NCBI GenBank assembly: GCA_963514005.1
Contig: OY740800.1
Coordinates: forward strand, 32,178,001 to 32,242,000
Length of the DNA: 64,000 nucleotides
Source of the DNA: Raja brachyura
Lineage: Eukaryota
Direction of reading: 5' to 3'
Shown: positions 50,325 to 62,549 of the stretch, in pieces
How positions within the stretch are numbered: the stretch's first letter is position 1
Layout: each line of letters opens with the position of its first letter
Position numbers and translations under genes: made by a program
The notes under the pieces: generated by a model
Seen by the model: the letters and a program-made list of their open reading frames with translations, nothing else
What the model was told of the DNA's origin: nothing
The model's database searches: none

Positions 50325-51111
50325 AGACAATAGACAATAGGTGCAGGAGTAGGCCATTTGGCCCTTCGAGCCAGCATAGCCATTCACTGTGATCGTGGCA
50401 GATCATCCACAATCAGTACCCCTGTTCCTGCCATCTCTCCATATCCCGCTATCTTAAGAGCTCTATCTAACTCCCTTTAAATCATCCAGAGAATCGGCCT
50501 CCACTGCCTTCTGAGGCAGAGAATTCCACGGATTCACAACTCTCTGGGTGAAAAGTTTTTCCTCATCTCTGTTCTAAATGGTTTACCCCTTATTCTTAAC
50601 CTGTGGCCCCTGGTTCTGGACTCCCTCAACATCGGGAAAGTTTCCTGCCTCTAGCGTGTCCAATCCCTTAATAATCTTATATGTTTCAATAAGATTCCCT
50701 CTCATCCTTCTAAATTCCAGCGCATACAAGACCAGTCGCTCCATTCTTTCAACATCTGACAGTCCTGCCATCCCTGGAATTAACCATGTGAATCTACGCT
50801 GCACTCCCTCAATAGCAAGAATGTCCTTCCTCAAATTTGGAGACCAAAACTGCACACAACACTCCAGGTATGGTCTCGCCAGGGCCCTGTACAACTGCAG
50901 AAGGACCTCTTTGTTCCTATACTCAACTCCTCTTGTTATGAAGGCTGACATGCCATTAGCTTTCTTCACTGCCTGCTGTACCTGCATGCTTACTTTCAGT
51001 GACTGATGTAGAAAGACACCCAGGTCTCGTTGTACTTCCCCTTTTCCTAACCTGACACCATTCTGATAATAATCTGCCTTCCTGTTCTTGCAACCAAAGT
51101 GGATAACCTCA
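50325..51111 (-). mobile_element. CR1 LINE 3' fragment with (CTATTGT)n tail
   Basis: QVQQAVKKANGM..LYRAL.RP.LE.CVQFWSP..RRMRG.LIETYKI. Confidence 0.88.
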
Positions 51112-51918
51112 CATTTTTTCTGGAATTTTTTGAGGATGTGACAAGTAAAATGGATGAAGGGGTACCAGTGGATGTAGTGTATCTAGACTTTCAGAAAGCC
51201 TTTGATAAAGTCCCGCACGGGAGACTGGTGACTAAAATTAGAGCACATGGTATTGGGGGTAGGGTGTTGACATGGGTAGAAAATTGGTTGGCAGACTGGA
51301 AGCAAAGAGTAGGAGTCAACGGGTCCTTTTCAGAATGGCAGGCAGTGGCGAGTGGAGTGCCGCAAGGCTCGGTGTTGGGGCCGCAACTGTTTATCATATA
51401 TATTAATGATTTGGAAGAGGGAATTAGGAGCAACACTAGCAAGTTTGCGAATGACACAAAGCTGAGTGGCAGTATGAACTGTGAAGAGGATGTTAGGAGG
51501 TTGCAGGGGGACCTGGACAGGTTGAGTGAGTGGGCAGATGCGTGGCAGATGCAGTATACTATAGATAAATGTGAGGTTATCCACTTTGGCGGCAAAAACA
51601 AGGGGGCATATTATTATCTCAATGGGGGGAGGTACAGCGAGACCTGGGTGTCCTTGTACACTAGTCACTGAAAGTTGGCGTGCAGGTACAGCAGGCAGTG
51701 AAGAAAGCTAATGGAATGTTGGCCTTCATTAGAAGATTTCAGTATAGGAGTAAATAGGTTCTTCTGCAGTTGTATAGGGCTCTGATGAGACCACATTTGG
51801 AGTATTGTGTACAGTTTTGGTCTCCTAATTTGAGGAAGGACATCCTTGTGATTGAGGCAGTGCAGCGTAGGTTCACGAGATTGATCCCTGGGATGGCGGG
51901 ACTGTCATATGAGGAAAG
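51112..51918 (+). mobile_element. CR1 LINE RT fragment
   Basis: LEFFEDVT..VYLDFQKAFDKVPH..SGVPQGSVLGP.LF..KFANDTKL. Confidence 0.9.
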
Positions 51919-52384
51919 ATATGAGGGATGATGGTCTTAAATGCCGAGCTGCAGTTCAAATTAAAGAGGTCATTCAGCTCACCAAGTCCATTCCAGCCCT
52001 ACCCCGAGTACTACTGCTGCTAAAATTCCTACGTCCTCATGTCGTAGCTCTGCAAATTCTTTCCTTTCTGAAACGTTTTGAACAGGAATATAGTGTTGAA
52101 GAAAATTCTGGAGTAACTCGGCAGAACAGGCAGTATCTCTGGAGAGATGGAATGGGTGACGTTTTGGGTCAAGACCCTTCTTGTGATTTTAGTTTAATTC
52201 TAACAAAACATTGAAAAAACTAATTTTCCAGCGTTAGTACTTGAGGTGTTGAAGTGAAAATTATCATCATTGATACACTGTTTCCAAAATTAATCAGAAT
52301 AAGGCAAGAAGTGTTAATCAGATAGGAACAGCAATTACCACATAATTAATTGTGATACTGTCTCTAATAACATTTAACTTTAGG

Positions 52385-52716
52385 ACGGTGATGGAATAGC
52401 CTCTACTTGCCTGGATGATTGTAGCACTAATGAGCTCTAGAAACTCGACATGGCCCTGGGCGAAGCCACCAGTTGATCCACTTTCAGTAGCGTTCATTGT
52501 ATCCATTACTGGCACGTTGTGACTGCCTTGTATACCATTAGTCCACTCACCTGGGCTACTCTAACACCACCTGCCAAACCTCCAAACTCCACCACCGAGA
52601 ATGAGCAGAGTAGCAACCATATAGAAACACCACCACATACATGTTCCCCTCAAAGTGGCGAGCCATCTGACATGGAAATATTCACCATTCCTTCTTCCTG
52701 GAAAGTCTTCCCCTAA
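52385..52716 (+). mobile_element. Degenerate RTE/RTEX-like LINE fragment
   Basis: GATGGAATAGCCTCTACTTGCCTGGATGA..AACACCACCAC..GTTCCCCTC..TGACATGGAAATAT resembles elasmobranch RTE-type 3' regions. Confidence 0.45.
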
Positions 52717-54594
52717 AATTCATTAGCGGGATTAACAGGGTGGATGTTGAGGGAAGGAACTGCAAATGTTGGTTTATACTGAAGATAGACACATAATGCT
52801 ATAGCACCTCTGCAGGTCAGGCAACATCTCTGGAGAAAAGGAATACTATTTTTCTCCAGCGATGCTGCCTGACTCGTTGAGTTACTTCAGCATTTTTGTG
52901 TCTAGCGATCCTTCCTACATATTTTGTCTGGTCCATGGCAAAAGCTCCTCAAGGTTCTCCTCTTCTCTCTGACAAGGCTTGAAGAAAAGTTCCGACCCGA
53001 AACGTCACCTATTCCATTTCTCCATCGATGATGCCTGACCTGCTTAGTTGCTCCAGGTTTTTGTGTCTATTTGCAGTATGTGCTAAGATGTTTTCGCTCA
53101 TGGGAGAGTTGTGAACATGGGGGGTATAGTTACATGAGAAGGGGCTAGCCATTTAAAAGTCAAGTGCAAAGAAAATTCCTCTTGAAGAGGGTACTGAATT
53201 CTCTGCCAAGGGTATCATTAGATAGATTGGAGAAATGAAGGTTATGGGCAACGGGCACAGAAGAGGACTTTAGGCCAGTGAAGATCAGCCATGATCATAT
53301 TGAATGCAGGACTGGGCACAAGGGGTCTGATGGCTTATCTAGTTCTCATTCTTTTTATGTCTTGAGTCCCCCAACTACAACAAGGGAGTACCATCCCCAG
53401 AGGACTGCAGTGATCAAAGAAGGAGACCTTACCACCAGCTTCTCCAAGGTAAATAGATATGGCCAAGGACCAGCCGGGACCAGAGAAGGGCCAGCCAGAA
53501 CGATGAGGGGACCCTGTGGAGGGGACGCTGACCTGGTTCGCCGCTGCAACCAGCAGATATAATTGTTCTACAAACCTCTTGTAACTTTGTTGTCACCAGA
53601 GCGCACTGACTCTTGTGTACTGCCTGGGTGAGGTCTGCTCTGTGGCTTTACTGAGTTGTACGTAAGACAAAGCATTGCACTGTATGTAGGTACATGCGAC
53701 AATAACGTATCACTGAATCATTCATTCATTAAATCCCAATAAAGTGATTAAGTTTAAGAAAAGTGTGTATTAATCGAACAGCCAAAAAATGCACATATCT
53801 GACCTCAGTCACCGTGTGAATGTAAGTGTGAGAGAATGAAGTGAAGATATTGCCTTTCAACTGAAATACAAGTGAAGGATCGGAGATGCAGAAATAGAAC
53901 AGAACAGCAATGAGATCAAATGAAAAGATAAAAATTGAAACGTCAGGAAAGTCAGGGGGCAGGGAGTTTGAAAGGCTGATGATTGAGACAAAGGCAAGAG
54001 AGCAGAAGAGAGGCTGTACTATTAAGTCACAGCATGAATCAAGTTGATGGCAGTAGATAGCGTTGGTTTCATGTCCGTGACAACATGAGAAAGAGGAGCA
54101 GTGAAGAGAGGAATGGAATTTCAGATTGAGCTCATCTGAACATGGAAACGGCATTGAAGTCATTTGGTGCAAAGAGAACCAGTGAGGTTGTGCGTTTAGG
54201 TTTACATTTATGTTTATTATTCCCACGTACCAAGGTACAGTGAAATGCTTCGTTTTGCACGCTATCCAATCAAATCGGATAATGCTGCACATAAATACAA
54301 TCATGGTAAACTCAAGTAGAATAGATAGCGTAAAGGGAAAATACAGGGTGCAGAATATAGTTTCCATCGTTATAGCATGCCGGTTCAATAGACAGGGTCG
54401 AGTGTCCAGAATGGGGTAGAGGTGAATCAGACACTACCACAGCTTCTGGAATGGCTTTCAGAAACCTGGTAACATTTGCATGATAACCTGGATATGACAG
54501 GTTTAGGAGGATATGAGCTAAATGCAGACAGGTGGGACTAGTGCAGATGGGATATGTTGGCCGGTGTTGGCATGTTGGAGGATGATAAGCTGGG

Positions 54595-54856
54595 ATAGAC
54601 ACAGAATGCTGGAGTAACTCAGCGGGTCAGGCAGCATCTCTGGAGAAAAGGAATAGGTAAAGTTTCAGGTCGAGACCCTTCTTTAGACTTAGAGTCAGGT
54701 ACCTCTGGTTTCCCTCTCCCCTGACTCACTGACTGAAGAAGGGTCTCGGCCCGAAACATCGCCTATTCCTTTTCTCCAGCGTAGCAGCCTGACCCGCTGA
54801 GTTACACTATCTTCTATCTTCGGTGTAAACCAGTGTCTGCAGTTCCTTCCTACACA
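54595..54856. mobile_element. Penelope-derived fold-back repeat with hammerhead-like core
   Basis: Inverted arms; CTGAAGAAGGGTCTCGGCCCGAAACATC at 54733. Confidence 0.8.
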
Positions 54857-55529
54857 TGAACTTCTGGGCCTTGGGGAAACCCGTCAGATCAAGGGAGGCA
54901 GGCTCACCTTCATGGAAAGGATGAGTACATTTATGCAGCATTTGGGCAATGTGTACCCACCACGCCCTCTCCCAGACATGGCCCCCGAAGGTGATGCAGA
55001 AGCACCTGGGATACAACCTCTTCACTCGACCTTCCAATGCGTAAACCCTTTCCCTTGCTTACAACGCAAATCAGACCCGCTCCAAACAGGAGATAACAAG
55101 ATCTGAGCCAAGCAGATGACGGCAGCTTCAAAAGAGGAGAGAAAACGTGGCAGGCAAGAACTTTGAAGGAAGCTGGAAGAGAGAGTGATTCTGCTTTAAC
55201 AATGAGTTAAATATTGGGGTTATTAACTGCAGCTGATGAGGCCTCTTTGCTCCACGGCAAAGCTATTAATTTCTTTTCAACAACCAGGAATCTTTTAAGG
55301 AAATTGAATGCTTCACGTAGCAGATGGTTTCAATAAGCCAAGCGACACAGTGCTAGTAATCCAATTAACGCTACAAACGAAGCTGTTAGCGATGCTTAAC
55401 ACATGGCCCAATGTCTTCAGATTGTGTGGATCTGGCATTTAGCTCAGTGGCGTAGTAGTAAAGTTGATGCCTTACATTGCCAGAGAACCAGGTTCAATCC
55501 TGACTACAGGTGCTGTCTGTACGGAGTTT

Positions 55530-55932
55530 ATCGCGGCTATCCCTCGAGGTCGAGGATGATGGTCTATGTACCGTTGCTCACAGAACGAAGACACCTGTGC
55601 GTGTATTTGTTTAACGTGTACTTGATGTTGCACTCCAAGAAGCACACGGCCCTTCACAAATCAATCAACTAATTGCGATGGCAAGGGAACCAAGACGATT
55701 GGAGCTGATAGATCTGTTGCAGTCTTCAGCCGCCTTCACAGCCATCGAGTTCAAAATAACTTTATCCGCCGTTGTGATCTTGTAGATTGGATCGTTCTTA
55801 GTTTGGACCCTCACCCTCGACCTTACCGCCATGGGTGGCCCTACCAGAAGCTGGTGCTTCCGACGGCATCGCTCTCGGAATCATGGGGTTATGCATATGG
55901 TCATGAAAGGTTTACAGCTATGAGTTGCTACA
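55530..55932 (-). mobile_element. Short non-autonomous RTE-derived element inserted in an HE1 SINE
   Basis: TSD TACGGAGTTT (55520-55529, 55933-55942); RTE-like 5' motif GGTAGGGCCACCCATGGC and 3' end ATCCTCGACCTCGAGGGATAGCCG. Confidence 0.7.
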
Positions 55933-56149
55933 TACGGAGTTTGTATGTAGTCCCTGTTACCACGTGGGCTTCCTCCAAACACACGTACAGATTTGTAGGT
56001 TAATTGGCTTTGGTAAGTTGTAAAAGTGTCCCTAGTGTGTGCAGGTTAGAGTACAGGACGGTCGTTGGTTGGCGCAGACTTGGTGGGCGGAAGGGCCTGT
56101 TTCCACGCTGTATCTCTAAACTAAACTAATCTACAAGAAGAACCATGGT

Positions 56150-56436
56150 GGTTGCTGCCTCTCAGTGCCAGAGACCCAGGTTAGGTCCTGACTATGGTTG
56201 CTGTACGTACAGAGTTTGTACATTCTCCCCATGACCGCGTGGGTTTTCTCCGGGTTCTACAGATTCTTCCCACACTCCAAAGACGTGCAGGTTAATCTGT
56301 AGGTTAATTTGGCTTGGTATAATTGTAAATTGTCCCTGGTGCATGTAGGATAGTGTAAGTGTGCAGGGATTGCAGGTCAGTGTGGACCTGATGGGCCACA
56401 AAGCCTGTTTCTGCGCTGTATCTGTAAACTAAACGA
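56150..56436 (+). mobile_element. HE1-like SINE
   Basis: B-box region, V-domain, tail. Confidence 0.8.
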
Positions 56437-57137
56437 AACTCAGTGGGTCAGGCAGCATCTCTGCAGAACATGGATAGTTGACATTTTGGGTCGGGGCCCT
56501 TTTTCAGACCGGTTGTTCACTGGGGGAGGGTGGGGGAAGAATACTTGGAGAGAGGGGAGGCAAGACAAAGGGAGGCAGCTGATAGATCGACACTGGCGAG
56601 GGGATTTTCTGATAGGCAAATGGTTGGAAGAAAGGCCGGAGATTAAAGAAGAAGGTGTGAGACAGACAGATTGAAGAGGTGCAAATTGTGAAACCATAGA
56701 AAGGAATGTGGGAGGAGGAGGAGCTGGAGAAATAGGTGCATGTCTAGGAGAGGCACGGGGGAGGGGAGGATGGGGGGGGGAATGGAGGCAGGGGGAGGGG
56801 ATTCATTAAAGGTTAATTAAAATTGGAGACCTCGATTCACCCATTGAAAATCTGATGTCCATGACTTGACACATCCTACATAGTCCCACACTATGTAAGC
56901 TGGCCTCTGTCCTAACTGTGACCATGTTCCATCTGCACGGTGTGCTGACCTACAGTAAATTGGCTACCTATTAAGCAGTTGCACAATTTAAAAATTCTTA
57001 GCCGTGTATTCAAATCAAACCAAATCAAATCAAATCAAAATTTAATTACCTTGCTCCACCCTTCTCCATAATTGCCTTCAGTACTTTTAACCCTTTCATG
57101 TCTACACTCCTCCAACTCTGAACAATAGATAATGTCG

Positions 57138-57352
57138 ATAGACACAAAATGCTGGAGTAACGCAGCGGGTCAGGCAGCATCCCTGGAGCAAAGGAATAGG
57201 TGACGTTTCGGGTCGAGACCCTTCTTCAGAGGGAGGCTCAGTCTGACCCACATCATCACCTTTTCTCCAGAGATGCTGCCTGACCCGCTGAGTTACTCCA
57301 ACATTTTGTGTCTGTCTTCAGTGTAAACCAGCATCTGCAGTTCCTTCCTACA
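57138..57352. mobile_element. Penelope-derived fold-back repeat with consensus hammerhead core (57202-57229, minus)
   Basis: Minus strand CTGAAGAAGGGTCTCGACCCGAAACGTC; inverted arms. Confidence 0.8.
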
Positions 57353-57659
57353 CCAAATAATGTTGATTTTATAAGAGATAGTTATCTTGTTTGGAACTGA
57401 AGTGAAGTGATGGGATTTAATTGGGCCAAATAAAATGATGAGGGACTTAGAGAAAGTAAATAGTGAGGACCTATTTCCCTTCACATGGATTTAATGAAAT
57501 TGGTAGAAGGATTAGCGGGGAGGTGAGAATGTTTCAGATGGTGGGTTGGTGGGGGTTAGAAGTGAGTCCAGAACATTTTAGATGAAGGGTCAGTGGAGGT
57601 TAGAGGTAAGGTCAGAACATTTCAACTGGAGGGATGGTGAATGTTGGAGGTCAGATGTG

Positions 57660-58467
57660 AATGTGAGGTTATCCATTTTGGTGGCAAGAGCAAGAAGGCA
57701 GATTATTATCTAAATGATGTCAGATTAAGAAAAGGGGAGGTGCAGCGAGACCTGGGCGTCCTTGTACATCAGTCACTGAAAGTAAGCATGCAGGTACAGC
57801 AGGCAGTGAAGAAAGCTAATGGCATGTTGGCCTTCATGGAGAGAGGATTTGAGTATAGGACCAAGGAGGTCCTACTTCAGATGTGTAGGGCCCTGGTGAG
57901 ACAACATCTAGAGCTTTGTATGAAGTTTTGTTCTCCTAATTTGAGGAAGGACATGCTTGCTACTGAGGGAGTGCAGCGTAGGTTCACTAGGTTAATTCCC
58001 GGGATGGCAGGACTGACATATGATGAAAGAATGGAGCGACTGGGCTTGTATTCACTGGAATTTAGAAGGATGAGAGGGGATCTTATCGAAACATAAAATT
58101 CTTAAGGGATTGGCCAGGCTAGATGCAGGACATTTTTTTCCCATGTTGGGGAGTCCAGAACCATGGGTCACAGTTTTAGATAAGGGGTAGGCCATTTAGG
58201 GCTGAGATGAGGAAAAACTATTTCACCCAGAGAGTTGTGAATCTGTGGAATTCTCTGCCATAGAAGGCAGTGGTGGCCAATCCACTGGATGTTTTCTAGA
58301 GAGAGTTAGATATAGCTCTTTGGGCTAATGAATCAAAGGATATGGGGAGAAAGCAGGAACGGAGTACTGATTTTGGATGATTAGCCATGTTCATATTGAA
58401 TGGCGGCGCTGGCTCGAAAGGCCGAATGGCCTACTCCTACACCTATTTTCTATGTTTCTATGTTTCA
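57660..58467 (+). mobile_element. CR1 LINE 3' fragment with complete tail
   Basis: CEVIHFGGK..QRDLGV.V..RRMRGDLIET; tail (TTCTATGT)n. Confidence 0.9.
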
Positions 58468-58759
58468 ATGTTTCTAATGTTTGAGGTGGAAAGGTCAGAT
58501 GTTAAAACTCGCAGTCTAAAGGGGTGAGAGAGGCAGAAATCCTCAACAATATTTGGTTGTGTGCTTGAAGAGACGTGAACTGCAGGTTCTACAAACTCGG
58601 TGCAATAACTCTGCATTATTTTAAAATGTAATCCTGCCATCGCTAATAGTTATTATTATTGTGTCGCAGACTCTGGAATTGCCTTCTTAAATCACTCTGC
58701 TCCTCTATCACCTCTTTCTTCCTCAAAGCACAGCTCTTGGATCTTTTACTTTATTTTAC

Positions 58760-59035
58760 TTTGGAGATACGCCGCGGAAACAGGCCCTTTGGCCCAGCGA
58801 GTCTGCACCGACCAGCGATCTCCTTTTACTGAACTTCCCAAAGATGTGCAATTTTGCACTGAAGCCAATTAACCTAACACTTTGGAGTATGGGAGGAAAC
58901 CGGAGTACACGGAGAAAACCCACGCGGTCGCAGGGAGAGCATACAAATTCCATATGGACAGCACCCGTAGTCAGGATCGAACCCTGGTCTCTGGCGCTGT
59001 AAGGCAGCAGCTCTACTGCTGCGGCCCTGTACCAC
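58760..59035 (-). mobile_element. HE1-like SINE
   Basis: Reverse match. Confidence 0.8.
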
Positions 59036-59383
59036 AATCTGTCTAATAGTCCCTAATGTGGATCAATGTTTAACAATACTGCTGTCAGCCACAATAATAA
59101 ATAGCTATGTATATGTAAGTACTAATTAAAGCAAAATGTGACCAAAGTGAAATGGACAATAAGAGCTTTTCCAGTGAAAGCTTCAGAGTTAATCAGCTCT
59201 CGAGAAAATGGCAAGGTCCTCTCTGCTGCATGTTTATGTGAAGGTGTAGGGTAGAAGTGGAGTAGTCCCCAGAGTTAGCACCACCAGTCATCGCTGATAC
59301 GATGGTGATGTTGACTGCATTTTCCCACCTCCCCGGTATCCCCCCCCCCCCCAATCCCCCGTCCCTCCACCCATAATATTTCT

Positions 59384-59686
59384 TAGTTTAGAGATACAGC
59401 ACGGAAACAGGCCGTTCGACTCACCGAGTCCGCACCGACCAGCAATCCCCGCACAGTAACACTATCCTACACACTAGGGACAATATTTACATTTATATCA
59501 AGCCAATTAACCTACAAACCTGTACGTCTTTGGAGTGTGGGAGGAAACTGAAGTTCTCCGAGAATACCCACGCAGGTCACGGCGAGAATGTACAAACTCC
59601 GTACAGACAAGCACCCATAGCCAGGATCGAACCCGGGTATATGGCGTTGTCGGGCTGTCACTCTTCTCTTGCGCCACCGTGCCACC
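59384..59686 (-). mobile_element. HE1-like SINE
   Basis: Reverse match, full length. Confidence 0.82.
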
Positions 59687-60272
59687 AATAAAACTCTAAT
59701 TCACCATTTCTTTCCCTTGTTTACCAAACTCTGCCTTAAATACATTCAAAGACTCTGCTTCCAGGGGCCTTTACACAAGTGAAAGTTTGAACTCACTGAG
59801 GTAAATACTTAATGATCACATTTAAATTAATATAAAATATGCAATGCGCAAAACATGCATGCATTTATCGGTTATGACAATCCATGTGCTCAGTCCCTGT
59901 GAGTTCAGGGGAGATTGAATGATGGAAGAATTAAACTTGACGATAGGTCTGTCACTTTGCGTATTTCTACATAATTTGGCATGGCAGTACAAGCAAAGTC
60001 CATTACTGACTTGCTGGTTAAGCATACATTATGAATGTTTCTATCTAATTATTTCTACCTGAAAACGTTATGTTGGCTGGACCATCTCAATTGCCAGTTC
60101 AAGTGCGAGAGTCAGCTTGACTTAGACATTAGAGGGACTAAAATGAGTGAGTTTGTTTTCTATCAAACTTCTCAAGACCAAAATATGTTATAGCTGTTGA
60201 ATTCTCAATTGTAGTCACTAATGACAGGACAAGTGTTTGCTGAATGCTTCCGAGCAAATTACCTACTGTACA

Positions 60273-60856
60273 TAGAGTCATTAGAGTCATACAGCATGGA
60301 AACAGGCCCTTCGGCCTAACTTGCCCACACCAACCAACATGTCCCACCTGCCTGCGTTTGGCCCATAACTCTCCATACCTGTCCTATCCATGTACCTAAT
60401 TGTTTCTTAAACGTCGCGATAGTCCTTGTGTCAACTACCTCCTCTGACAACTCGTTCCATACACCCACCACCCTTTTATGTGAAAAAGTTACCTCTCAGA
60501 TTCCTATTAAATCTTTCCCCATTCACCTTAAACCTATGTCCTCTGATTCTCGCTTCCCATAGTCTTGGCAAGAGACTCTGTGCGTCTACCCAATTTATTC
60601 CTCTCATGATTTTAAATGCCTATATAAGATCATCCCTCATCATCCTGTGCTACAGAGAATAGAATCCCAGCCTGCTCAACCTCTCCCTATAGCTCAGACC
60701 CTTGAGTCCTGGCAACATCCTCGTAAATCTTCTCTGTAGGCTTTCCAATGTGACATCTTTCATGTAACATGGTGCCCAGAACTGAACACAATACTCTAAA
60801 TACTGCCTCACCAACGTCTTGTATAACTGCAACATGACCTCCCAACTTCTATACTC
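60273..60856 (-). mobile_element. CR1 LINE 3' fragment
   Basis: MLQLYKTLVR..LEYCVQFWAP..RRFTRMLPGL. Confidence 0.85.
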
Positions 60857-61767
60857 ATATTTTTGTAACTATTCAACGGGGCTTATAGTGTGCTGGATGT
60901 ACGGAATAATCCAGCGCAGAAGCACCCCACTATGCCCAGACTAGAAATCAAACACTTGTTCAATTACCAACCTTTGGTCCCAATCCTTCTGTGCCTCGGT
61001 GGTTTAAGTGCACGTCTGAATACTTCAAGAGTCAAGCGTCAAGAGTGCTTTATTGTCACGTGCCCCAGAATGGAACAATAAAATTCTTACTCGCAGCAAT
61101 GGAACAGATATATAAACATAGTACTTTCTCATAGTTAAATTTAGCTCCTGTGGCTAAAGGAATCAAGGGATATGAGAAAAAAATCAGGAATGGGGTACTG
61201 ATTTTGGATGATCTGCTATAATCATATTGAATGACGGTGCTGGCTCGAAGGGCCGAATGGCCTACTCCCGCACCTATTTTCTACATCTCTATGTTTCTAG
61301 TCAATAGAATAGAATAGAAAACTTTATTGTCACATGTAACAAGTCACAGTGAAATTGCCAAGGTGTGCAAATAGTCGCTCATAGGCCGCTTACAAAGTTA
61401 CAGATTCCCCCCCGCCCTCTAGCCCCCCCCACCCCCACCGCACCAGTTGTTCCCCATTTGTTCTCCCCCCCTCCCTCCTGGTGCTATCCCCATGCCAGAT
61501 CCCCATTGTCCATTGTTCTACTCCCCCCCCCCCCAAGAGTCAAGAGTGATTTATTGTCATATGTCCCAGATAGAACAATGAAATTCTTACTTGCAGCAGC
61601 TCAACAGGATATGTAAACATAGCACACTATAAAACAATATAATAAATGAGAAAAAAAAGTTCAACGTGTGCATATACACGCACATGCATAAGTACACATG
61701 AAAAACACAGAAACGATAATAGTGCAATAATAACAATAATAGTCTATGTAGTTCAGAACTTATTAGA

Positions 61768-62190
61768 ACAAAAAGTAGTAAACACTGCTCAGTCTATCAT
61801 CGGCTCTGACCTTCCTTCCATCGAGGGGATTTATCGCAGTCGCTGCCTCAAAAAGGCTGGCAGCATCATAAAGAACCCACACCACCCAGGCCACACACTC
61901 ATCTCCCTGCTACCTTCGGGTAGAAGGTACAGGAGCCTGAAGTCTGCAAAAACCCGGTTTAGGAATAGCTACTTCCCCACAGCCATCAGGCTATTAAACT
62001 TGGCTCGGAACTCTGAACATTAATATCCCTCCATCTGTTATTTGCACTTTATTAATTTCTTAATTCATGTGTGTATTTACGTATGTAATTGTAGTCAATG
62101 CCTACTATGTTCTGTTGTGCTATGCAAAGAAAGATTTTCATTGTCCTGTCAGGGACACGTGACAATAAACTCTTTTGACTTTGACTTTGA
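61768..62190 (+). mobile_element. Rex1/Babar LINE 3' fragment
   Basis: QKVVNTAQSIIG..HHPGH.L.SLLPSGRRYRS..FP.AIRLLN; AATAAA and (TTTGAC)n. Confidence 0.85.
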
Positions 62191-62549
62191 TTTGAGGTTA
62201 TAGGGAAGAAGCTGTTCCTGAACATGGACATCACCTTCCAGCCTCTGTCTCTGCCGTCTCCCTCTCCTCCCTCTCCTCCCTCTCCTCCCCATTTCTGGGT
62301 CCATTTCCTAATTTATTTTTCCCTTATTTGTTTCCACCAATCACCCACCTGCCTCCGTCTCCAAACTCCTCCTCTTCCTCTGTAAGATATTAAGGTCGGC
62401 CGTGGCAATTAGGCAGAAACAAACACAGGTTTTCAGACAAGCAGTTGCCATTGTGTGTCTTTATTTTACACAAATACACTGCGCATCACTCATGCACATA
62501 TTCACGAGACCGATAAGATAGGAAGATATATCACATGACACAACATGAT

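Noticed and set aside
53729-54388. 219-aa minus-strand ORF
   Set aside because: Low-complexity pyrimidine-rich composition, partly inside a LINE 3' UTR, with no domain motifs.
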